A stretch of 64,000 nucleotides of DNA from positions 1-64,000 of the forward strand of contig JBBPEB010000026.1 of the NCBI GenBank assembly GCA_039096225.1, read 5' to 3'. The position numbers were made by a program, and so were the translations under genes. The DNA is from Blastocystis sp. Blastoise (lineage: Eukaryota; Protista; Bigyra: Opalinata). How positions within the stretch are numbered: position 1 is the stretch's first letter; the number at the start of each line of letters is the position of its first letter. Shown here in pieces: positions 1 through 11,390 of this stretch. The notes under the pieces were generated by a model. The model was not told the origin of the DNA. It did not search any database and was given only the letters and a program-made list of their open reading frames with translations.

Positions 1-81
1 AACCCTAACCCTAACCCTAACCCTAACCCTAACCCTAACCCTAACCCTAACCCTAACCCTAACCTAAACCTAACCCTAACC

Positions 82-113
<32 letters not shown>

Positions 114-265
114 CTAACCCCTAACCCTAACCCTAACCCTAACCCTAACCCTAACCCTAACCCCTAACCCTAACCCTAACCCTAACCCTAACCCTAACCC
201 TAACCCTAACCCTAACCCTAACCCTAACCCTAACCCTAACCCTAACCCTAACCCTAACCCTAACC

Positions 266-306
<41 letters not shown>

Positions 307-350
307 CCCTAACCCTAACCCTAACCCTAACCCTAACCCTAACCCTAACC

Positions 351-391
<41 letters not shown>

Positions 392-517
392 CCCTAACCC
401 TAACCCTAACCCTAACCCTAACCTAACCCTAACCCTAACCCTAACCCTAACCCTAACCCTAACCCTAACCTAACCCTAACCCTAACCCTAACCCTAACCC
501 TAACCCTAACCCTAACC
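1..517. repeat. Telomeric repeat array (CCCTAA)n / (TTAGGG)n, chromosome left end
   Basis: Continuous CCCTAA units from base 1 to about 517 with a few variant units (CCTAA, CCCCTAA, CCCTAAA); C-rich strand on +, as expected at a left end. Confidence 0.98.
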
Positions 518-3500
518 TGCTACATATAATTAACTTTAATACTTACCAGAAATTTCAAAAAAAGAATATTGTTTATATACATTGTTGTTTATCATTATAT
601 TGAAAATATGATGATATTTCATCAGAGACTATTGACATAATATATCATTCATTATAGTATATTAGTATGTTATAATAATATGTATATTGGAATAAGGTGT
701 GAGTACATAAAATAAATAACTTTATATTTTTTGTTATAAAACAAATGTGTTGTTTAAGTGTCTTTGCTTTAGTAACTATTATTTAAAAATTACTTGTTTA
801 GCTTCCTAACCCTAATGTTTCAATGTTATATATAAAAAAAAATATCTTCATTCTTTGATAATAAAACAAAACAAAAAAGATTAAGAATTAAATTTAATGA
901 ATATATCTTAAAATTAAAATATATAATAATTTAAGAATATCATACATGAATAAAACACTATCAATAGATATAGAAATATATAATATATCGTTTAGTCTAT
1001 GAATACAAAAGATGATTATTAGTCAATTTGTAAAACAACACTTGATACTTGATTATAAGAGAATATTAGAAAATAAAAGCAAATTATTGAAATATTTTAT
1101 ATTGATTTGAATGAAACTAAAACAATGAATAACTCTTGTGAATGTTTTAAGGAAATATATATTTACAAATTTTGGATGTCTTAAGAATGAGTTTAAATTC
1201 TGTTTGTTTAATATTTGAAAATAAGAAAATATTTAATGAAAAAAAGTGAAAGAAGGTTTAGGTATATAGACATAGCAAAATATATAATAAACAATTTTTT
1301 GATATATAAAATTTTGATGAAAGTTAAATTAACAAGAATGAGCCTATTATTTCTTAATTGTATACTTAAAGATATATTTTTAAAATTACCTTACAATAGT
1401 ATTTATCATCAATATAACATAAACTAATGAAATTAAAATATAAGAATAAAAACTGAAAGAAAAAAAAAGAAACAAACTCTTCTCATTCAACGATTATATA
1501 ATAAATAATATCAAAAATATAGTTTTCATATTTAGTTACATATCATCTTTTATATATTAGTATGATATTTTTGTTTAAAATCTAATTTCTATTAAAATAA
1601 CAAAACAAGTAAATCTTAAAGTCATTTCTATTCTTCAAAGCAATTAAAATATATTTTTAGGTTTTGATTGAATACACTTGATATGTGACATATATTATAT
1701 ACTCAATTATGAGGTCAAATATTGTATTCAAAAAAAGTCATATAATTAATTAAGAAAAATAATATAAGAATGACTTTTCATATAAATTTATATAGGTATC
1801 TATGACTGTTTAAACGAGCTTTTACTAAATATAAGATTACATATAACATAATAAAGTATTGAAAACAAGCTATATTTCATTTAAAAATATTGTTTTTTCT
1901 AATTAAATTTTTGATTTTTGAAATGACTCTAAAATTTTTAAAATATTTTTCTCTTCATTTCTTCTAGAATTCTTAAAATCTCTTAGAATTCTTTATTTTC
2001 TATTTTTTATTTAAATAATTTGTTTTTCAATTTACTTTTATTTTCTTTTTAGTCACTATTAAACAATATTAATATTCACATTTTTTTACTTTTTGTAGAT
2101 ATTTTGACCTGTAGAACATTTTCTTACAACTAGATTCTTTAAAAGTGAAAAATTAACATTTCGAAATGAGAATGCTGTGCCAAATACTTTCTAAAATGTG
2201 TATTAAACTAAAATACATATGATATGTGTTTAGAAACACACACTTATACTTTTCTATTCAAGTCAGCATTTGCATCAGTTTTGAAAAAGGTCCTTATTCA
2301 AACATATATGTATATCAAATAGATAGTAATAAGGATCTAGTACACATATGTATATTCATAATTTTTAAATATAACTTAAATGAGTACTTACGAATGAGAT
2401 TTAAAAAACTGAAATTTTTAGAAAAAAATAATTCGCATACTCAAGTTTCTTTTAACTCATTCACCAATAAAAATATATTAAATATATATGAAAGACACCA
2501 ATATCGAACAAGAATAACCTACAGATACATATTTTGTATATTTAAGACATATTAGTTCAAAAATGAGATCAGTAGCCTTGATTATTTAAAAATCATGATC
2601 AATCACTTTTTTAATCTTGTTATTGTAATAGTGTCTTCCATTTTCAGAATAATAATATAAAAGCATAATAGATATAAAGTTTATAAAACGTAGATATATT
2701 TTTTGGTGTCAAACATAATATAACGACAATCCATCATTGAGAAAAGTTGAAATAAAAAAAATAAAATTTTCGTACAAAATGAATCAGTTTTGGCAAGATT
2801 GAAAAAAGGGTCTTTTGACTTATTTAAAGTTATCAAATCAATTTATATCGTTTATATTCATATACAGTATTGTCCATACATAAGAAATAATACTTTAATA
2901 GATTTATCTTGACAAGTCGACATTGGGTCAAAATGCAATATGTTGTTTTTTTTTGTCTTCTAAATTTGTTATTTTTAGTTATTACTAAGCTATATCATGT
3001 ATTAAATGCATACGAACAGATTTGCTTCAAAATTCATTATCTAGGGTATCAAAAATGAAAAGAAGAAATTTAAGTTTTTTTAATTTTTTTTTGCCTCTCT
3101 TTAATAAAAGTCATATAGCTCCGTCAATTCTTATTTAATAATAATAATTCTTTTTGTATAGAATAATAACACTATCATAATTATATATAACATATAAAAG
3201 TGTTAAAAATATAATAAATAAATGTGGTTATGACTCTTTTATAGAAATCATTTCTTTAAGCTATCGATTTTTTAAACGATTTTCATTCAATTTTATATTT
3301 TAAAGAAACATATTTACTAAGAAATATCTAAATAGTATGTATATATATAATATAGCTTTAAAAGTGTTATAATTTGTGTGAATGAGTTGATAGGATCAAT
3401 TATGATTGAAAAAAATGATTTTTGATGCAAGATTTTTTATAATTTTTCATCGACAATTTTATGCTCTATATCCTGAAATATGATATTTAAATGAATCTCA

Positions 3501-3947
3501 TCTATATATTTATAATCTTTAGATTATATACATAGAATAAAATGGTGTCATATGTCAAAGAACTACCAAATTCAAATAGAATAAGTCATAATATAGATAA
3601 TATACTTTTATAAATTTTTTCAATTAATTTTTAATATTATTCTTTTGACTTATAAAGTATATACTATATACATAAATAAAAAACAATATATAAATTAGCA
3701 TCATCAAAAAAATAATATAATTAACAATAGAAATGATACTGATACTGATTGTCATCGTATCAACAGGGTTAGTATTAATTATTTTATTTTTCTTATAATT
3801 AAGTTTTTATAAATTTATATTCTAAATTTGTTAAACTGGAAAAAAATAATGTACGATATATAAAAACATATATATATATAATAATTATATTTAAAAATAT
3901 ATTTAAATCCTATATATATAAACCATTCGTTGATCAGAAAAATTTTG

Positions 3948-4101
3948 TATACAGTTTATATACAGTTTAATTTTATTTAGTATACAGTTAATATACAGTT
4001 AATATACAGTTAATATACAGTTAATATACAGTTAATATACAGTTAATATACAGTTAATATACAGTTAATATACAGTTTGTTTACAGTTTGTTTACAGTTT
4101 T
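3948..4101 (+). repeat. 11-bp tandem array TATACAGTTAA just upstream of the tyrosine recombinase gene
   Basis: Eight perfect units at 3981-4068; variants TATACAGTTTA at 3948 and 3959; TATACAGTTTG, TTTACAGTTTG and TTTACAGTTTT at 4069-4101. Ends about 90 bp before the ATG at 4194. Confidence 0.92.
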
Positions 4102-4193
4102 TATTTTATATTAAAATATAATTGATTAAAAAAAAACTATTCAGAAAAAAATAAGTTATAAATAACAATATTTATTTTTCTTATTTAATAGTA

Positions 4194-5780
4194 ATGAAAA
4201 GAATTGTATGATATAATATACATAATACATGATAAATAAATTATTTATATTTATATAGCAAAACCAAATAAGTATTAATCAATTTGATTGTATCTAATAC
4301 CAAAATAATTTATATATTATTATTAATAAATCTATATATTAATTATTAAAATTATAGCGAATACTAAAAGTAATAAAATCAAAAAAAATAACAATCGTTT
4401 TAAAAATGATATACTAGAAACTCAACAATTATCTATTGATTCTACTTATGAAAAAACTCGTCAATCAAGTACACCTAAAAAAAGTATATATATACTATAA
4501 TAATATCTTATAATAAAATAGAAATCTCATCTTCAAATAACAATAAATTTCAAAAACAAAATAAAAAAATATTAAATAATAATTGTAATATATATATATA
4601 TACATTAATAATAATATAATTTTCATTTCATAAATAATATATATAGTTAATACAATTTTGATCGATGATTCTTCTTCTTGTTCTTCTTTTCCTCCTAGTC
4701 CTTTATCTAAAGACCCTAATCCATTATATATGAATAGTGATCTATATTACTCACCTTCTATATCATCTCCTTCTATTCATTCTATTCAATTTAATTTATC
4801 TTCACCTTCTATATCATCTCCTTCTCCACATATATCAATTTTTAATAATAATCATAATAATAATAATAATTCATCTATCAATAAATTTAATTCATCTTCA
4901 TCTTCTATATCATCTCCTTCTCCACCTATATCAATTTTTAATAATAATCGTAATAATAATTCATCTATCAATAATTTTCATTCATCTCCTTCTATTCATT
5001 CTATTCAATTTAATTCATCTCCTTCTATATCATCTCCTTCTCCACCTATATCAATTTTTAATAATAATCATAATAATAATTCATCTATCAATAATTTTCA
5101 TTCATCTCCTTCTCCACCTATATCAATTTTTAATAATAATCATAATAATAATTCATGTATCAATAAATTTAATTCATCTCCATCTTCTATATCATCTCCT
5201 TCTCCACCTATATCAATTTTTAATAATAATCATAATAATAATAATTCATCTATTAATCAATTTTATACATCTCCTTCTCCACCTATATCAATTTTTAATA
5301 ATAATCATAATCATAATTTATCTATCAATAAATCTCATTCATCTCTATCTCCACCTATATCAATTTCTAATAATAATAATAATGATTTATCTATCAATAA
5401 ATTTCATTCATTTCCTTCTCCACCTATATCAACTTTTAATAATAATCATAATAATAATTCATCTATCAATAATTTTCATTCATCTCCTTCTCCACCTATA
5501 TCAATTTCTAATAATTCTATTAAATCTACTATATCTAATAATAATTTAAATAATCAATGTAATCCCAATTCTATAAATAAACAATTACCTGCTTGTCATG
5601 AATTTCCTATTGAAGCATCATTTCTTTCACCGATTCTACATAAAAATATAAAAATAAAAAAGAAATCTATAGATAATAAAGAATATGATTCTATTAAGAT
5701 AAATAATAATCAATCTTATAAATTCAATTCTAACAAGAATAATGACGAAATTCAAGATAATGTAATTGATATAGACTCAC

Positions 5781-5836
<56 letters not shown>

Positions 5837-6203
5837 ATAATGGGAAAATTATATCAAATAAGAATAAAATAGACTATATACCACTAGCAATTAAAAATAA
5901 TGAAGAAGAAGATGATGAAGAAATTCTAATAAGTTCAGAAGAACTCAAAACATTTCTATATACATTATCAAGTAATAATTGTTTATATATTAAATGCATT
6001 ATTATTATTATAATTCATACGATATATAGATATTCAAAATATAATTAAGAATAATAATGAAATAGATGAAGAAGTATAAATATATTTTAAAATAATATTT
6101 TTTGATTTATATATATATATACTCAATAGATAAGATCAGAAATATATAATTTTTTGAAGCAATACAAAATAAATCTTGATGATAATGAAGTATATTTAAA
6201 ATC

Positions 6204-6260
<57 letters not shown>

Positions 6261-6562
6261 TAATATATATATACAGGATTTTATGAATAATTTGTGTAAT
6301 TTAATTTTGAACTCGGATACAAACTATACTAAACATGTATATATTTAAATAATAATCATATTTATTTTAATTTTAATTTATAGATTATTACTAACCCACT
6401 ACTTGTAAAAGATTTGGATCTTCAAACCTATATATATCTGCAATTAGGATATGTATCTATATATATATTATATGTATATACATTTAAAAATATAATAATT
6501 CTAGATACTTAAGAAAAATAACAATAATGAAGAATCATTAAATACAATTCAAGAATTAAGAA

Positions 6563-6621
<59 letters not shown>

Positions 6622-6940
6622 CCTGTAAAATTAAATGAAAAAATAAATCTTGGTGAGAAATCATTAGAAATAAATAAAAATCTTCTTGGTTGCTTTTTAC
6701 CAGAACGATTAAGTGATGATGATATTAGTCGCCTATATAATATAATAAAATATTGGAAATATCAAAGAAAGTGTAGTAGAAAAAGAATTCTACTAATGGA
6801 TACAAATACAAAAATATTTATAAAATATGCTTTACCTTTAATTAAATCTGTGATTACTGGAGACTTCTATGAAAACGGGGTTGAGGATAAAATACCGGAT
6901 ATATCTATATATTCTCTATCTGAGAAACAAATTTTGTATC

Positions 6941-6972
<32 letters not shown>

Positions 6973-9900
6973 TATATATATATATATATAGTTATGAAAT
7001 TATGCTTAGTATTTGTGATATAATCAATTTTGCTTTTGTATTATATCAGGAAGAACTTGATCATTATGGTTTGAATATTTTACTATTTCCTGATTTTATA
7101 TATAAATACGTTACTCTAAATATTCTGCCCAGATCAAATTGTCCAAAAACCCTTCATAATAGAATACAAGAGATAAGATCTATAATTACCTATATAGAAA
7201 GAAAAAATGTATATATAGATAATAAAATGAAAGATATAATAAAAGAAACACTAACATATATTACTCACAAGTCTTCAGTTATGATTACAGATAGCAATTT
7301 CATTAGTAAAAATGATAGTAAAGCTTTTGAGGATTTGAATAAGAAAAAGAAAATGGAAGCTCTTATCTCTTTACAAGATTACTACAATATAATTAGAACA
7401 TTATTTGAAAAAATTAATATATATATAGAAGAAATTAATAATAAGAAAAATATTAATGATATATATATAAAAAAATTTCATACTATTACGATTCTTATGA
7501 TGTATCTCCTTCAGACTTGCACAGGCTGTCCACTTAGAAATAATGATATATATAATTTGAAATTATTTGAAAACCTAAAGAAATATAGAAATGAAAATAC
7601 TAAAAAAGAATATATATATATAATACATACAGGATCTAAGAATGGAAATATTCCTTATTCTGACGGCAAAAAATTTCCTGATATATATATTTTATGCGAA
7701 AAATTTCAAAAGATATATGATAAATATATAATTATAAGAAATCAAATATGTGAATATTTAAAAGATAATGATATTGAATATACAACAAATTTATTCCTAT
7801 ATATACGAAAACCAAATACTAATAGTAATTATGTAGCATCCCAATTCACATATAGTACCTATCCCACTATGTATACCTATATATATATATTTATCTAAAT
7901 CTATATATATATATATATATATATATTAACTTATATACCTATATAGTTGTAAACATCAATTAAAAAAATTATTTAGTAACATACCTAAAGATCACTCAGG
8001 TTATTCCTATAGACATTGTTTTGCCACTTGGTTTGGAAGAACAAATTGTGTTAATCCTCTTTATTGCCAAAGTTTCATCAGAAGTTGCCATCATACAAAT
8101 GATGTTCATGACAAATACTATAATCTAAATATAAAATATAAAACTATATATAATAATAATGATTTTAAATTAAATGATTTATGTACTTCTGAGCTTGGTA
8201 TAAAAGTATTCATTGATTATGTCCTGGATAAACAATTCGCTAAAGAAATGAATTATTTTGTCCCAGAAAGAGATATTGATGGTAACCTAATAACCATTCA
8301 TGAAGCTCTAGTATGTAGATATCTATATATATATATATATATATATATAGACTTGCTCATATGAATTACTGGTTAGAAAGTGTACATTCAATTATGATAT
8401 AAATCGTTATATTGAATCAAAAGAAGATATATCATCTAAAGTATTCATATTATCAATATTATCCATATTATTTTTATTATCGATATTATTTATATTATTC
8501 ATGTATATTCATATTATCCATATATATTCATATTCATATATATTCATATTCATATTCATATTCATATTATCCATATATATTCATATTCATATATATTCAT
8601 ATTCATATTCATATTCATATTATCCATATATATTCATATTCATATTATTCATGTATATTCATATTATCCATATGTATTCATATTCATATTCATATTCATA
8701 TTCATATTCATATTCATATTATCCATATATATTCATATTCATATTATTCATGTATATTCATATTATCATATATATCCCATAGATGGAATCAAAAGATAGT
8801 GCTAAAATAAATAATTGTAACAATGAAAATAAATATATTAAATTATCAGATCAACAAATATCTCCTATAATTATATCTCCCATTATAAAGTTCAATAGTA
8901 TGAATGATGATGAAAATAAAAAAAGTATAGAACTTATTTCTCCTCTTCTTCTTCCTTCATTTAATTCTAATAACAATGATAATAATTATAGTATAAATGA
9001 TTCATTAAATAATCAATATAATCTAAATAATAATAATATATTAAATAATTATTATTCTCCAATTCCAAGTATTCATAATTCTGTTGAAGATATTAATCAG
9101 TTTAATATTTCTATCATTTCCAATAGTGATAATTCTATCAATGATAATTCTTCTAAGCAAATAATAAATAATTTATCTAATCCATTAATCAACAATAATA
9201 ATCAAAATAATAATAATTCTTCTAATTCATTCATTAATAATTCTTCTTATCCAATATCAAATAATAATCATAATTTATCTAATCCAATAGTAAATAATAA
9301 TCATAATTTATCTAATACATCAATCAATTATAACAATTCTTCTTATCCAATATCAACTAATAATCATAATTTATCTAATACATCAATCAATTATAACAAT
9401 TCTTCTTATCCAATATCAAATAATAATCATAATTTATCTAATACATCAATCAATTGTAACAATTCTTCTTATCCAATATCAAATAATAATCATAATTTAT
9501 CTAATCCAATAGTAAATAATAATCATAATTTATCTAGTACATCAATCAATTATAACAATTCTTCTAATCCATCAATCAATAATATCAATTATCTTAGTTC
9601 ATCAATCAATAATAACAACAATCTTAATTCATCAATCAATAATAATAATTATCTTAATTCATCAATCAATATTAATAATCAAAATAATAATAATTCTTCT
9701 AATTCATTCATTAATCATAACAGTTCTTCAAATCCATTAATAAATAATAATAACTATCTTAATTCATCAATCAATTACAATAATTCATTAAATCCAATAA
9801 TTAGTAGTAATGATAATATAATTTCTTCATCTCCTAATATCTTATTAAATAATATCAATAATAATTTGGCTAATCCAATAATTAGTAATAGTAATAATAT

Positions 9901-10354
9901 TTCTTTCCAAAAACTTCAAAATACTAATGAATATGCATCTAAAGTTATTCAAAATAATAACCAATCTTCAGCTAATATAATTTCAGCTAATAATTCTAAT
10001 ATACAATCATCTATTAAATATAATATTGATAATATTAATGCTGATAATATAATACCTACTGATGTATATGATTATACTTCATTATCTGAAAATAATGATA
10101 TAAGCAAAGAAATTCATAATCAATCATCAAATTTATCTATAAATTATTCAAATGATAATATTAATATTTGTATATATATATATAATATAATATAATATAA
10201 TATATATATATATAATGTATATAATATAATAATATAATATTTATATATATATATATACAGCTAGTTGTTATAATAATAGTCAAAATAGTCAATATGAAAA
10301 TGATCCTATACAAATAAATAATAAACAAACATATAATCTAATTAGTATTATATA

Positions 10355-10414
<60 letters not shown>

Positions 10415-10639
10415 TAATGAGATAATAGTTAATGAAAAACAATATGTATATAATATAATATAATATAATATAATATAATATAATATATATAGTATACATT
10501 CTTACATGAAGGATCTTTTCCAAGTGAATTATTTGATTTATATTTATATTTAAATGTTTATAACAAAATTGTAACAACCAATAATATAAATTTATTCATT
10601 CATAACTACTATAATTATAATGATTTTATTAATGATTCT

Positions 10640-10679
<40 letters not shown>

Positions 10680-11004
10680 TATTATTATTCATATATATAT
10701 AGCTATATAATATATCTTATGAAATTCAATTTCATTTTAATTCCAATTCACCAATATTTTTTATATTTACAATCTATTTAAAGTATTCATCTATATATAT
10801 ATATATTATTATTATTATTATTATAGAAATAAAGATAGATATTATTTAATAATTAATAAACTGACAAATGGTGATAAAAAGAAAACACTTACAATTAATA
10901 TATACAATTTCTTTGATATTGAAGATGGAAATGATAAATATCTCAATCAAATAATTAATCAAATCAAAAAGTATATTTAATTATTTTAATAGAATTATCT
11001 ATCT

Positions 11005-11042
<38 letters not shown>

Positions 11043-11390
11043 TTATTTAAAACTAATACATCAAAAATTATTGTTCAATATAAAAAAGTATATATATATA
11101 TATACTTATATATATATATATATAATAAAAAAATATTATATATAAAGTGTGATAAATCTTATGATAATAACAATGCAATTCTTATATTTGGAATGATTAA
11201 ACAATTTATCAAAGAATATAATATGTTTCAAAAAAATATAAAACATATTAGAAACTTGTATATATATATATATATACAATAATAACTTTTATATATATAT
11301 AGAAATTTTGATTATGATAATATAGATTTAGATTCTGAACAATTAAACGTTAATAAATTCTTCTTATATCACCTAAATAAAGAAAAATAA
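4194..11390 (+). CDS. Multi-exon tyrosine recombinase (integrase family) protein, about 1,850 aa, with Ser/Pro/Asn repeat regions and a degenerate Ulp1-like C-terminal region
   Basis: Manual GT-AG splicing joins about 24 exons in one frame from ATG 4194 to TAA 11388-11390, incorporating ORFs 4658, 6154, 6796, 7002 and 8783. Box I LLQTCTGCPLRNNDIYNL (R at 7536); candidate K in HTGSKNG. Exon 7947-8310, absent from the ORF track, reads PKDHSGYSYRHCFATWFGR...IRSCHHTNDVHDKYYNL (R 8011, H 8089/8092, Y 8116/8119). Confidence 0.85.
4790..5515 (+). repeat. Coding minisatellite encoding SSPSPPISIFNNNHNNNSSINxFH-type repeats
   Basis: About nine to ten imperfect copies of tcatctccttctccacctatatcaatttttaataataatcataat in exon 5 of the YR gene. 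Confidence 0.85.
8441..8782 (+). repeat. Intron built from (TATTCA)n hexamer repeats with higher-order duplication
   Basis: GT at 8441, AG at 8781-8782, phase 0 on both sides; the interior is nearly all ATATTC units punctuated by ATTATCCAT. Confidence 0.85.
9236..9565 (+). repeat. Coding 60-bp minisatellite (NNHNLSNTSINYNNSSYPIS) in the YR gene
   Basis: Near-identical 60-bp lines at 9301, 9361 and 9421 plus partial copies on both sides. Confidence 0.85.

Larger units (their letters stand above)
3948..11390 (+). mobile_element. Candidate tyrosine-recombinase DNA mobile element (Crypton-like or related); true ends not identified
   Basis: Intron-containing YR gene without reverse transcriptase, upstream subterminal-type repeat array, subtelomeric position, intact among decayed neighbours. 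Confidence 0.5.

Noticed and set aside
61-480. Variant telomere units
   Set aside because: All are single-base homopolymer length changes, indistinguishable from long-read error.
1215-2555. ORFs 1215 and 2226
   Set aside because: Non-ATG starts, AT-driven composition, no motifs or splice structure.
4737-5549. 270-aa hydrophobic ORF overlapping YR exon 5
   Set aside because: Alternative-frame shadow of the coding minisatellite; the spliced gene uses the 4658 frame.
8412-8810. ORFs 8412 and 8501 (YS/HI/IF repeats)
   Set aside because: They arise from the (TATTCA)n intron bounded by GT 8441 and AG 8782.
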